In this document: piece after piece, positions 50,601-64,000 of the stretch
Numbering within the stretch: the first letter of the stretch is position 1
Layout: each line of letters opens with the position of its first letter
From: Raillietiella orientalis
Lineage: Eukaryota
Length of the DNA stretch: 64,000 nucleotides
Assembly (NCBI GenBank): GCA_036172245.1
Contig: JAYWIR010000008.1
Location: 3,782,001-3,846,000 of the forward strand
Direction of reading: 5' to 3'
Made by a program: the position numbers and the translations under genes
The notes under the pieces: model-generated
What the model was told of the DNA's origin: nothing
The model's database searches: none
Seen by the model: the letters and a program-made list of their open reading frames with translations, nothing else

Positions 50601-53600
50601 TCCAGCCCACCAGCCTGCCGAACCAGAGCGTGGTCAGTTACCCGACCCTGGGTGCGCGTCGCGGAACAGTGGAACCCTCGGGTCCCGCCGGTGGCACTTA
50701 CACAGCAGAGGAGCTGGAAGAGGGCAAGTCATCCCAGATGGATCTTCTGTAAAGTGGTAGGGGCAGCCCTCGCGGCGCGTCGCTCAAGACCGTTCGGCTC
50801 ACCCCGAGCGCCTGGAGCTTCCCTCCAGCCCTGCGGCTGAGGGTCGGACTCGTGCGTACAGATGACGCAACCAAAGCCAGAGGGTAGGAGGAGAGGCTAA
50901 AGGCCGCCAGAGGGCGACAGGGTCCGACCGACGGCGTCCCTGGAGCGAGCTCCCGCATCGCTGCGATCCGGGAAACGAACGATGTTAGGAGCATCGAGGG
51001 AAGGGTGGGCCGGGAAGGGTCAGGAGTGACTTTGGCCGCGGCGTCGAGTGGTGGGGGTAGGACAGTCGCGCGGACCCGCTGCGTTCCCGGAGCGGTCCTT
51101 CTTCTGAGATCTCCCGGACACATCAGATCCACGTTACTAGGACCTCCTTTCCCCTGACAACCCTGCTCCTCATCCAAGCTGTTCCCGGAACATCGGTGAC
51201 GGATTTCACACCCGGATTCCGTCTCCAGCGAGGGCAGCAAGGTAGGAAGGCCTAGGAGTCTTTCCCTTGCCCGTACTCCACTCCCATCGATCAAGCGGGC
51301 GCTTCAATCAGGCGAGCACCTCCCTTGCTGCCGACCGGAGAAAGGCCATCGCTGCCCCTCCCGGCTCCAGAAGGGGGACGGAGCTTCCAGCCTCCCGAGA
51401 TCCGAAGGTCGCGGGGTAACGAAGAGCGAGAGGAACGTCTCTGCGGGAGCTCCTCCCCCAGGCTGGGGATCCTTACCATCGAGAGGGACGAAGGGGAAAT
51501 TCTTCTCCCTCCCCCTCCTTTCCCCCATCCACTCGACCTCCTGGAGAAGTCACCGCGGGAGCTGCACTCTAGGGAGAGCTTTTGGACCGCTCCTCGAGGG
51601 GTCACAGTGCACTGGACCCTGGGCGCCCAGCTCCTTGGCGTCTTAAGTGAGCGTTCGGTCCTCGTGGGTCAGACCGAGGCATTGGGATTCCATGACGCCT
51701 CCGGGCAGATCGTGAGGTGATCGCCTAGCGCTTCCCAGGAGCTCGACACGGAGACGCGGTCCTTCCGGGAGTTCCTCGAGGCCCGGACTCCGTAGACCCC
51801 TGACGCGCGTCTCTGCTCCGGACGAAGGGCAGAAGGTGGGGGAGAAGGGTGGGTCCACTAGGGGGGTACGTGGCGTTAGCGGGGCGTGGTCCAAACTCCA
51901 ACGCTTCTGCCCTGCGCCCTGCACCCCACCTCGCTCGGCTCCCCTCCTCCGCTAGTGCCTCCGCGAAAAAGCGGTGCCTTAGAGACGGTGTAGGCCACGT
52001 GGAGAGCGGTGGACCAGGTCGCCCGAGCAACCAAACTTTTCCACGTCCTGCTATCGCGACCACCGGGCGGAGCAGCTTCTTGTCCGTGAGGGTCCTCACA
52101 GGCAATTCCGAAGAGTCCTCCCCAGAGACCACCCGATTTGTCTTTTGGCGACTTGTGTTGCTGGAATCTCCGTTCCCTTGACGACCTTGCTTCTCATTCC
52201 CACCACTCCCAGGGCACCGGTAAATGCATCCTACCCTTGAATTTTGCTTCCATCGAGGGCAGCAGAGACCGTCCGTCCATCATTCGTAGGGTGCGTGGGG
52301 CAGACCTACAGAGGAATAAGAGAACCTGAGTCGAGACTGGGGTGGCGGTTCGTCCGGACGAGGGAAGGGGGAGACTCCCTGGTCGAGGGCGCTCGGATGA
52401 GGAGGGCTGGGGACAGCAAGCGGCGGCAGATCTGCGAGGGCGACCCGCCAAGAAGTGGCGCGGACCACTCCTGGCCTTCCCAAGTCCAGAGCGACACTCC
52501 CGCCAGCGAGGGAGCGCGGACGAAAGTGCTACATGGCTCTGCCTTTCCCTCTCCTCCTCCTCCTCGCCCCATCTCTTCCCTAAGAGTTCCCTCGCATCGC
52601 GCGATCCCCAAAGTGTCCTGGCAATGCTCACGAGTCGTTTGGGGCTGTCTTTTCGGAACTCCCGGAAGAGAGGAGGTTCGGGAACGCTCCCTCGCGCGTC
52701 CTTCCACGGCGGCCCATTGCGTGGCAGCCCTGCCGATCCCTTCCCTTTCCAATTCTGCAGGAAGGGAAGGAAGGAAATCAGGATCTTCGGAAGAGAGAAA
52801 CTCAGTCTCTCCCTCTCTCGTGCTCCCCCTTCCTCGCTTCCTCCCTGCTCTCGGGGAAGGGGCCGGTGGCGCCCGCCTTCACCCAGCCATATTCTCCGCG
52901 AGTTTCGGTAGCCGTCCAAGAGGGGCGGGGTGGTCGGTTGCCCTGGATCCAGCGCCCTCCAGGAGGCCGCCTTCCTTGCTGGTTCCTCCCCTCCCTACTG
53001 GAGGTTCCTGGGCACCAGGAGAGAAGACCTCTTGGCCGTCCGTTCCGCAGCCTCAAGAGCCCACGCCGCGCGTTCCCACTCGTCTTCCTGGGACCACGGA
53101 GATGAAGGCAGCGGCAACTTCCACAGGATGCCTGGAGACCGGCGTCCGCAGGTAGACAAGATTTCCAAGACTACCGTCTGTCTCAAGGGAGAGTCCTTGG
53201 TTGTCCCTTCCCTGCCCTCCCGTCTCTTTTCCTTTCCCGTAAGCGGCTGCCAGGGTCATGTCAGTGCCTCCTCTTGGTTCTTTCGTCTTCCTCTCCTTCG
53301 TCACGGTCCTCCTCCTCTTCCCCCCTCGCATCCTTGTCTCGCCTTCTTCCTTCCGTCCCTACGAGCGCGCTTTTTCTCGACAAGTCGGTGCACGTCAGGA
53401 AAGAAAGAGAAGGACAATGGCAGTGGACCCGCGCTCACACAAATGAGAGCCCCGAGCCCTCTGGGGCGTTGCTTGGCTATGGGTCTGTTTCGGCGGAGCG
53501 CTGAGAGGCGGCCGTCCTTTCTGCCTCTTCCTCTTTCGCCAGAAAGGCGGCCATTGACTTCGGATGCTCCCAGAAGCAGAATTTCGCCTGCCGGCAGTCG

Positions 53601-55584
53601 GCTCTGAACAACGGCTGGCGCCGGCTTTCGTCTCTCTCCCTCCTTTCGCTTCCTCTTCTTCCTTGTCTTCAGGAAGCGAGCGGTGGAGGCACCCCGAGGG
53701 GCTGGCGTGCTCGCGAGGGTGCAAGTTGGGGGGGGGGGGGTTGCGCAAGGACTCGTTGCTCCCGGGAAGGGTGCGGAAGGGTTCGTGGGGGAACGTGCCG
53801 AGATCCCTTGCTCCTCCTCCCCTCCACATCTTCTAGATGGCTGACCCCCTCGACCCATCTGCCCACGTAGAGCCCTGTAGGAGGCCTCCGTGCGGGGAAG
53901 TCGCCTTCCTGGAGCTGCCTTCCCGGCAGCTTCGATGCTTCATCCGCGCGAGGCAGACCAAGAGGGAAGAGGAGGAATGGGGAGAGCCTCCGGAGGACAG
54001 GGGAAGGGATGCGTGGACGAAGAAAAATGGGGAGGATAGGGATCGGGGAAAGAGGCGCTCCCTTTCTCCCTCCTGCGCGTCCCCTCCCTTCCCCCTCATG
54101 GAAGCCTCGCTGCGTGGGGAGAGAAAGCTTCCCACGGAAGGAGGAAGCACCTGAGGCTGATGGCTTCGCCAAAGGGGCAGCCGCCTGTCCGACCTCCTCT
54201 GTCCCCTCCTCTCCTCTTCCCTTTTTCTTCCGAATTGGGGAGAGGACGAAGTCGCCCCTCCCCCTCTGCTGCCCGCCAGACCCTCCCGCTCTGAGGCGTC
54301 GCTTGCACCCATCAAATCATCCGACAGCAGCGCGCCCCGTCCTGCGAGCATTCCCTTTCCCACCCCCCTCATCTCCTCTTCCCTTTCTTCTTCCTCCCTC
54401 TTTCTCCCGGAGAAACGATCCCAAAAATTCCGTCTTTTCCCGTCTCGAAGAGTCGCCCGTTCCCAGAGGCAGCTTCCATACCCCCCTCCCTTCCCTCCCT
54501 GCTCGCTCCTTCCCCTTCTCGGGAGACGATAAGCGAAAAGGCGGGACGGGTCCCGGAGAGCGAAGAAGGGAGGCGCCCTTCCCGTCCGTCCGGGCAGGGC
54601 GAGGACCGTACCCAAATGGCGGAACGGGGAAGGACAGGGAAGAAGGGGAAGCGAAAGTAAAGGATCCGGCCCTTCCCCGCCCCCGCCCACTCCCAGCCAT
54701 CGTGATGCTTGCTACTCGAGAGAAGAGAGAGGAGGAAGGGAGGAGAAGGAAGATGACCCCCTGGACCGTCAGGTCGTGTCACCGGCGGTCTAGGGGGACG
54801 CTGACCGCAGCCACCCTCCTCGCAATCAGCGGTCCTCCTGTTCGACTTCCACTACCAGGAGAGTGGAATCTCCATTTTCCTTCGAGGGCGTACCCGCAGC
54901 ATCCCCACCACCTCTTCGAGCAACCTTCCTGTTCTTCTTATTGGTTTTGCCTTCGAGCTCCCAATCGAGGAACGCGACGGGAGAGACCGCCCTTCCTCTT
55001 CCCTTCTCCTCCCCCTCTGAAGTGCTTGTCTTGCGCCGTCCCGGGTGTCTCTTCTCCCCGGACCGCTTTCCCGTCAGCTCCCGGGGGAGAGACCGCTCCA
55101 TCTCCGGCGCGGCGGCGCGCGCACCGCCTTATCTGCCCCCCTTTCCCTTTTCCTTCGTCTCCTTCCCTCCCTAGATAGAGAGAAAGCCGGCAAGAAAGCG
55201 GGAAAGAGCAGGGCACAGGGAAACGGCGACGGCGACGACCGGAAGCCGCCTCTAGAGCTAAAGACAGGGAAGGGGGCGCCCTGGGAGCGCCTGGGCGGCA
55301 AGTGCGAGAGGGAAGACAGCGGAACACGCGCGATCACGAAGGCAGTCCCGGTCAGGCGTGACACAGCCCGCTCTGCGGAGGTGCGTGAGTACTACGTGTC
55401 TCCCGGCCGGTTTCCGGGGAAGGGGTGGGAAGGGGAGGAATCGGATTCACGGGAAGAGACCATGCCCCTCTCCACTCGGTTGTGCCTAGAGGAATGGGAG
55501 AAGGAAAAAAGGAAGGTGGCGGAGTAGGGGGAGTTCCGTGGACAAGGCGTCGGCCTGCAGGCATCGTCTGAGTGTGGGAGATCA

Positions 55585-55800
55585 GATAGGGGAGGAAGAA
55601 GAGGATGAAGATGAAACGAGGAGGCGGAGGAATAGGAGGAGGGATGGAGTGAAGTAAAAAAAAGGAATAAAAGGAGGAAGGGAGTGGAGGAAAAGGGAAG
55701 AATAGGATGAGAAGTATGAAAGAGGAGGAAGAAAAGAGGAAGAGGAGGAAAATGGGAATGCTAATGCTGTGGAGGAAGAAAACGAGGAAGAAGATGGACG
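55585..55800. repeat. Polypurine low-complexity tract (GGA/GAA-rich)
   Basis: About 200 bp of almost pure A/G on the + strand. Confidence 0.85.
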
Positions 55801-58800
55801 CATCTCCTCCGTCGGAGCAGGTATCCCTCCCCTCGATGCCGATCAGCTCCGGATCCGCAGACGCTCGCAGTCACCCCCCACCCGATCAGAACGCGTCTGT
55901 CCGGAGAGCCGCAGGAGCTTCCTGTAGGGGAAGCTGCTGCTCATCTTCGCCAGCCGATGCTCTGCGCAGCTCTTCCTTGCCGCAGCAAGTAGCTTCTGGG
56001 TGCCGTCCTTGCTGCCGTTAATGGGACTGGAGGTCCAGGAAAGGAGCGGCACGAGGACCAGGAAGCCTCAAGTCTTTTCTTCCAGCGCCTCCTCGCCTCC
56101 TATACCCCCCCTTTTTCCCCGGGCGGAGGCTTCTGCTTCTGCGACTCTGGCAAAGGAACCATGGAAGCGATCCGTCTCGTGACGCTGGCACCCTCCTCCC
56201 GCCCGATTCGCTTTATCGCGTTCCTCTCTTTCTCCCTCTCTCCACCTTTTCCCACTTTGCTCCGCGAGCCCCTCGCGTTTCTCCTGTAGAAAAATCGCTC
56301 TCGCATCCATCCGATCCAGGGGGACGTCGGGGCACAAAGCTGGCTGGCTCTGCGCTTCTTGAAACAAAGATAAGGTTGTCATAACGATTAAAAGATTTCC
56401 GGAAGGAACGCACACAAAAGCGCTCGCGGCAGAGGCGTCTCGAGCTCGCCAGGATTTACGTGCTCTTGTCGAGGAGGACCGGACTCCTACTAGAGTGGCG
56501 GGGCAGCGGAAGCAGCAGGCGATTTCGGCCGGGACCGATCTGCGTGCAGGACCCACCCGTGAGCGAGTGAGTCCATGAAATCATCCCAGCCTCCGACGCG
56601 AGATCGCCGACAGAAGGAGCAGCGCCCTGCCCCTCGGAGGGCCAGCTCCTCCATCCACGCCTTGCCCCTGCCGAGGGGACTCACGCGCCTTCGCGGATCG
56701 CGCGGGCTCCTCCAGACAAGAAGAAGCTCCAGACAGGAGCACCAGCTGGACCTGGAAGTCACTGATGAGGTGGCTCGAGAGATGCAGCGAGAGAGCGCCG
56801 AGAGGACGGCCCTTACGACGACGGTGCCGACGGAAGCGCGGCGGCGGCCACTTCATCAAGGAAGAAGGGAGGATCTGGATCTGCGTGCTTCCTGCGCGCG
56901 CGAACACCACGAGTCGAACGGGATCAGCTACACGGCTGAGAGCGACCCATCTAGAGGCACAGCAAGACCTCCGGGAACTCAGAGAGGTGTCGGCGTGGGG
57001 TCGGGATAGGGACAGGGAAGGAGGAAGAGACGACGAGGATAAGGAAGGAGGTGGAAGGAGAGAGGGGAGGGAAGAAGGAGAAAGACGGTGATGATTTGGC
57101 GAGAAAGTATTTTCTTCAGCCGTCGTTCGTCTTTGAGATCATCTGGGATCAGAAATTCCGTGGTGGATCCTGCAGAGGTACGGCTTGTAGTTCAAGGGAG
57201 AGGGATGAGATGCTGCGCTCCCCTCCGTTCGAGGATCCGTTGGATCGGAAAGATCAGAGGAATTGTGACGAGTGGCTGTGTGACCTCGGGTGCGCACAGG
57301 AAGCCTCCCTTTGGGAATAAGAGGAGGAAGGGAGCCGTCCTTTCGGGACTCGCAAGGGGCTCTTCGAGGCGGCAAGCTTCGAGCACTCTCAGGGAAGCGG
57401 GAAAGGAGAAAAGGGGAGATGCACGGAAAGCAGGCAGGTGATGCCTGAGGTAAGGAAGGGGAGGAAGACAAAAGGAAGCGTGGAAGATGCAGATGACCTC
57501 TCTGAGACGAGAGACCTGCCAGCCGTGACGAGCAGGCGACTTGGGGAGGCGGAAGTCGCCTCATGGTCTCCAAGAGCGGCTGCAGGGCGTATCGCGGACA
57601 GCTCCAGGCGAGGCACGGAGCATTAGGTGCGCACGCATGAAGTGAGATAGAGCACCCCCGGTACGAATGGGGAAGCCTCTAGGGAAAGAACGCGACAACC
57701 GGAGGAATGAGGAACTCTGCCTGGAAGAGGGGACGAAAGTTGGCCTAGGAAAAGCTGCTACCCAGGAGATAACGGCACACGGTCCACGCAGTGTTCCTCC
57801 GCGGCGGAAGTTCCAGACGTGGCTCTGGAAGGCCCTTTGGTTCCTAGTGGCGTCTGTCCGTGGACATCCCTTCGAGGAACGCGGTGACTTGCCGGAAGTT
57901 GCTCCGCTGCTTGGTCCTTCCGTCCGACGTCTTCCTCAGGGAGCCTTCGAGGAAGATCCGTCCAAGGGGGCGTGGCAGGAACCATAAAAGGGCCTCCGCG
58001 AACCGTAGCTGCTAGGGGGGTTCACCGATCCGAGTCAGAGTGATTCGGAGACCGGGAGGGACAGACGCGCGAGGGACAGCGGGTGGGGATGTTTCCTCGG
58101 CACAGCCGTTGAGACTCGAAGGGTGGAGAGCCGCAGTCTTGGTGAGGACTTCTGGCGCAGCCACGCAAGGAAGGCGCAGCCCAGGGGAGGGTCCCCCATC
58201 TGCCCACTTCCGGGTCAATCGTGGCCCGCTCTCTCCCCAATCCGACCTTACCCTGGCCATCTGGGGAGACCTTGGTTTCCCTTGAGAAAGCAGAGGGGAT
58301 CGAACCGATAGTTCCAGCCCGGTATCGTCTTATTCCAGGGACACTCCCAAAGGGAAGGAAAGAAGGATGGGAGAAGGAGGAAGAGAGAAGCTGGAAAACA
58401 CCCCCAGGAAACATCTCGACAGGCGTTGCCGATGCTGAGAAGGAAGGGGCGGGGAACCCTGGGCGATTCGAACGGAAGATGCTCCCCTCCAAGGGTGAAG
58501 ACGGTGGTGCAGGGAATGAAAGGCCCGGCATCTCGGCGGGAGATGCCTCCGGCGTCCTTCTGGGAACCGGTCGATCCCCACCGCTCAGCGCACTCTTCTG
58601 CTTATGTCCATTTCTTGCTGGGATCCATGCGTGCAGAGGATGAAATGGAGGGAGTCTTTGGGGAGGGGGGGGGGAGACGACCGAGTAGGGGAAAAGGGAA
58701 AGGAGGAACGGGGGGGGGGGGGAATGATAATTTTTCGAGCGCGATGCAGGATGGAGGCGGGATGAGCGCGTTCATCTGAGGCGTGCGGCGATGGCGCGCT

Positions 58801-61800
58801 GACTGTGTGTGATGCATGGCCATCATCTGTCAGGATTAAGAGGGCGTTCCCGGAAGAGAGGCTTTAGTGTTCTCCCGGATTAGGAGGGGATGCAGGAGGG
58901 TAGATTTTTCGAGGATTCGGGTGCATTGCGATAGCTGCTCTCCCCTCCTCCTTTCTCCCCTTTCGCAGCGTCTGATCTGCTGATCAGGGAGGGTGGGTTC
59001 CGATCGACCGCAGCCCCTGCGACACCTGAGGGAGGGAAGGGAGTAGGGTGGGAGGGAAGGTCTCGGAAGCGCGGTTTGCTCAGGAAGGATCAGGAAGCTC
59101 TCGTTCCCTGTCCCTTGCGCTGCCGCCTGGGGACTCCACCGTGGTGCTGCAGTCCCTTGTGTGGGAGTCGCTGCCCGCGACTGGTCAGAAACCAGAAAGA
59201 CGCTCTCGATCGAGGAAGCAGCAAGGGGAGCGCTCCTTGACCTCTCCCCGAATTCCAGAGTCATCCCAACGGCCCTTTGGCACGAGCTCCCTCGGTCCGG
59301 TTCCCACTGCAGCGCAGACGCTGAAGTCGAGCACAGCTTTCGGGCTTCACCTTGAAGCTCGGGAAGATCTGACCAGGAAGTGGTTCTGAACTCCCTTGCT
59401 CCCTCAGAAACGGCGTTTCCTGCCCTGGGAGAAGGAGAAGACAGCGTCCGACTGATGGGGTGGGGGGGTGGGGGTTCGCCTGCACTATCGGAGGAACCCG
59501 AGCAGCTCAACCCGGATTCCGATGAGCAGCGTGTGGACTCCCCCCCTCCGGGAAGAGATGCCTCCTGCCTTCCCCACTGTGCACGGCAGAGCTCCGTTCT
59601 TTTCCCTGAGGATGAGCCAGTACACGGCGACGCTCTTCCTACACCCATGCTTCCCGTGCAATGGGCTCCCCACGGCCATGCAACCAGGAGAGCGCTTTTC
59701 CGGCCCGGAACTTCATCCCTTTCGTGCCAACCTTCGAGCCCACTGCGGTGACCTCCACTCTATGGGAGGCGCCCTCGGCTTCGCGGAAGGAGGTTCAGGG
59801 TGGACGCTTGGCCACTGGATGTGCTGCACCGTCCAGGAAGCAAGCCCGCCCTAATGAGGTACATCCCCACCGCTTCAAGGAACTAACCAGCTGACCGATT
59901 GCACCTGGAATCCTAAATAGGATAGTGCGTGGTCCATCTGCGTCTTGATAAGCCTGCGTGGGCTGGAGACGGCTCGAAGACGGCGTGACTTCCAAGTAAG
60001 ATCGAACAAATGCGCGTCCCGCAAGCGAGGGAGTTTCCTGCTTCTTTTCCCCTCCTCCCCTTCCTCCCTTCCTCCTCCTCCTCTTTCTTTCCTCCTCATC
60101 CATCACTTCCTTATTCTTGATCTACTTATGGATCTTTGTTTCCCTGATCACTCCCTATGGAAATCGGAGCGATGGGCACCAATCTTGCCTGGAGGGCAGA
60201 ATCCGGCAGCTTTCCTGATGCGAAGAATCGTCCCTCGGATAGGCGCGTGGAAAACCGTCGGCGGCGTCCCTTCAGGGGTTCAAGCAAAGGGGTCCCTCCC
60301 TTTTTCCCCTCCGAGCCTTGCAGGGAGCTCTGACCTCTGCGAACACGCGCAGGACCGGGCTTTGCCTCAGGGAGTCCGTGCTCCGGACGCGCATTGGCGC
60401 CATCCCGGAAGCCACCTGTGGGCTTTCTGACTCTCCCGGCGGTGGTCCAGCTCACCCGAAGAAGACGAGCTTGCGCGATACTTTTCTGCGTAGGACAGGA
60501 GCTGCCTCGGGGCCGTCTAAAGGAGATGTCGGCCCTATGGCCTCCATGCTTGCGCTTCCCCCTGTACCCTCTGCGTGCCGCTCCCGCATCTACGAAGATG
60601 CAAGAAAGCGTCGTGCGAGCCGGGAAGCTCCAGCACGGCTATCCTTCGCTGATCCACCTCAGCCTCGTCGTGGAGATTTCAAGCTTCGTGGCGCCGGGCC
60701 GTGAACTTGGGGAGACAGAAAAAAGCACGAAGGAAGAAAAAGGGTCTAGTCATCTTAATTTCGTTCTCTCGTTCTTCGAGATCTTCTGCTCCCCTAACCC
60801 ACTTGCGCTCCCTTGCCCCTGATGGGTGGAGTATGGGTTGTTAGAACGGAAGATATAACCAGCACCGAGGCCCCCGTTGGCTCGCGCTCACCTTGAGGCC
60901 GACGCCATTTCGAGTCCGGAAGAGCCAGCTACGTTTGCAGGCCCAGGAAGCGCTTCCCTCAGGGAGGCAGCCGGAAGCTATCGAAACCATCCCCGAGTAG
61001 CTGTCACGGCGGAAAAACTAAATGTCCACTTCTCTTAGGGAAGGCATTGCTTGGCTTGTCTGTCGGGGACCGTCGAACGCAGCTCTCCAGAACGCGAAAA
61101 AGACTCCCGCTTCATAGAGGACACTGCGTCTCTCGGACGAACCGCCAGGATACCGAGCCAGTAACAGCCCCTTGCCGTGCCCCGTCCAGGGGCCGAGAGG
61201 ATTCTGTGGCGAACGAGCACCAGCACTTCGAGCTGCCGTCCTTGGAATCCAGAGAACCCGCCCTCGTTCTTGGGCTGCAAGTTCTCGAGGCATCGTAGCA
61301 GTCACGCTGGAGCTCAGGAGCACTCCCGAACCACCGAAGGTCCTCAGGCATCGCCAAACTCCCTGGAGGACACACGCGAGCTCTACAAACTTCAAGGGCT
61401 GGAGGGTGCTTCGAGGGACGTACCCGGTGCACCGTCCGGGAAAATTCGTCCTCTCCGGAATGACGGAGGACCGGGAGAAGTGGGTCCTCGCATCCACCGT
61501 GTCTGTGGTCTCAGCGCGGCTGCCCTTCCCCAACGGCAAGAATGGCAAGAAGACCTCGTTGCAGAGGTCATCAAACTCCCCATCGAGTGCCGAGCTGATC
61601 AGAGCGATCATCCCGAGGACAAGGACGCAGGGACTGAGCCGCGTGAGATGGAGCAGCTGCGTTGCCTTTGAGAGCAACTCTGGTGCCCCCTGCGTTTGTA
61701 CAGCGCCGGACTTCCCTCCCCCACTCGGGCAGCACCCCTGAAGAACCCGAGGGGGACGGAGGTCTCTTCATCCGGAGCGGGTCTTCCTCGGCCTCCACAA

Positions 61801-64000
61801 TCGCCGCCTCGTCTCGTGCCGCTCCCGCAGCGGTGCCGAAGCGGCTCTTCCGGAGACGGAAATTCTCCAGTGCAGCGAAGGAGGGTACCGCTCTCCCGCC
61901 GACTTCTTGCGGAGGCGGGAAGGTGATCTCGCCGTACCCTGAGGGCAAGGGAGACACCACTTGCAGCATGCAGGGACTGAAGGGCAGGGGAACTGGGGGC
62001 GTCAAGACGCATCCTTTGGCCCCCGATGTTCGTTCGCTTTGCTTGCTTTCCTGCTCCCCCTCTTTCTTCGAATCCTCACATCCCTTTCTCCCGGACCTGC
62101 TACACGTCGGACAGCTCTGCTCTCCCCGGTAGCTCACGTTTCGTGCAGGGGCTTGTCTCCTGCAGTGGGTGTTTATTCATGTTCTGACGAATCGGCGCCT
62201 GTGGCTCCTGGGACGCCATTTCCTAGCAGCTCACTTCGTCCGCTGGTGTTCATCTCAAGCGGGCGGAAGGAACGCTGAAATGCGATCGCCAGGGACAGAA
62301 ACCGCGAGGGTGAGGCCCGGGATCAGACCATACCGTTGAAGGGATTTCCGGAGGACCCACGGGGGGATGCGAACCCGAGAGAGAACCAGGTAGCCGGCCC
62401 CGAGAACCGAGCTCAGCTCACGCCCCTTTCTGTTCTCCTTTGCAGGAAGTGGACGGCGTTTCGAGAGGCTTCCCTGCGTTGTGTGCAGCCCTTCCGCTTC
62501 TTCCTGCACACAAACCTTCGCTAACCCCGCGGCGGATGACAGGGAGCTTCCATCCAGGTCCATTCGCAGCATTCGTGCTGCTTTGTTCTCATCAGGATGC
62601 GAGCTCAAGCCTACTGCAGTCCGGAGGCCGCCCTTACTCTTGCGCTCCGATGACGTCAGTCCTCCTTTTCCGAGCCGGTGCTGCCGAGTTTACCGGTCGG
62701 AGCCAGATGAGAGGCGCTCCTCCCACATCTGGAGGCGGGTGTGCCTTCGCGGTCGCCATCTGCAGCATCTCCCTCTGGCTGTCTCCGTGCGTCTCCGTGC
62801 TGCCAGCAAGCTGATGCTGCTCTTTCCCGGCTCGCGGAGGAGCGCGTCCTCCATGGCGTCATTCCGATTTGCTCCCCTCGACGCAGGACCGAGGCAACCG
62901 CTGCCGCCTTTCCACGGTATCCAGAAGCTTCCCAGATATCGCGAGTGGTCTCTCCGGGAAATCTCGGGATTGCCAGTTTCTCAAGGTCACCGGGGTCTCT
63001 CGATCGTGACGCGCCATCTGACCGCCGCTCGTCTCCGCTCTTGAGTTCGGCAGGGAGAGCGACGCACATCAGCAGCCGGAAGCGAGTGGATTGATTGATG
63101 GGGAGGCCCTTCTTGGGTTCGCCGTTTGGGAGGAAACCCCGTCTCCTAGCAACCGTTCCGTTGGCAGGCAGAGGGGCGAGTCCGCAGCCGTCGGGGCCGG
63201 AGGATGCGGGCGCGTGACGAAGGCATTGGGAGCCATCCCCGTGCTTGTGGGTTCTCGCATGCCGACCCCCGTTTCCGTGGAAGGACCTTCGGGACGCTCG
63301 CGGTGCTCTGATGGATTCACAGAGGCTGAAGGGTGGTGCGTCTAGGGACGCAGTCGCCCCACTGAGGGGATGCTTCCAGGTTCCTTCCCGGTGCATCGTC
63401 TCCTGCACGTCCCGAAGAGTCACGCAAGAGCTGTACTCCGCCCGCCTCGGAGCACGCGAGAAGGAAGAAGGGAAAAGCGTTCCGGAAGGAGGGGAACCAG
63501 TCGAGGACGGTACCCCAACACTAGGATCCCTTCCCCACCCCATCCCCTTCCCCCTTTTTTTTCAGCTTTTGAAGCCCACAGACAGATCCTTCCCGGACTC
63601 CTTCAGGACTCCCGAGGCGCAGGAAGACCGCTCTCCGCAGAGCGGCACCTTTCCTCTAACCGGGTCTACCAACGGTCGCTCCTGCGGGGGGCACTCGCCG
63701 TCTCTCCGAGCGCGTAAGACGGGAACGGAACCTCCGTCTGATGAAAAAAAGTTCTTGGCTTGTCTTCAAGGGCGAATCTGTCCTGCGGCCGCAGGACGCT
63801 GAAGGGCGCTCTGCAGCCCATCTGTAGCTCCCCGCAGAACACGACTGCATCAGCAACTGCCCTTCGCCCTCCGATGCCCCCCATCGTCCACTGCATTGTC
63901 CGCGAACGCAGTCTTCCACGGCAAGAATTGTCCGTGCTCACGGGGGAAAAGGGACCAGGGCGTCCCTTCTCCCCTACCCCCCAGGCTTCTCTGTGAGCCG

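Noticed and set aside
38000..64000. Many 150-400 aa overlapping ORFs on both strands (for example 47725-48885, 54009-55178, 61018-61677)
   Set aside because: They are rich in R/P/G/S/A, open in several frames at once and show no RT, transposase or other domain motifs, as expected for high-GC non-coding DNA.
1..64000. Prokaryotic or phage systems (CRISPR arrays, operons, defence islands)
   Set aside because: Spliceosomal introns, metazoan genes and microsatellites show this is animal DNA, and I saw no repeat-spacer array.

Overview
This window is eukaryotic DNA with spliceosomal introns, from an invertebrate and most likely an arthropod. It is GC- and CpG-rich with many homopolymers and microsatellites, so most ORFs in the supplied track are probably by-products of high GC. 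I can build three minus-strand genes by hand. (1) A FUN14-domain (FUNDC1/2-like) mitochondrial outer-membrane protein of 145 aa, CDS exons 8292-8383, 8039-8231 and 7111-7263, inside a sharply bounded AT-rich, CpG-depleted island. (2) An uncharacterised, probably secreted Pro/Ser/Thr-rich protein with a large terminal exon at 13850-15120; its upstream exons are tentative and include a likely GC-AG intron. (3) A Di-Ras small GTPase of 196 aa, exons 20921-21058 and 20235-20687. The ~43 kb upstream of Di-Ras has no coding sequence I recognise, only candidate 5' exons, motif clusters and simple repeats. I see no prokaryotic system, CRISPR array, rRNA, intact tRNA or transposon ORF, and I cannot claim a clearly new biological system. 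The best leads are the orphan gene and its tight coupling to Di-Ras, the LIR-less FUNDC protein with uORFs, and the apparent methylation footprint.
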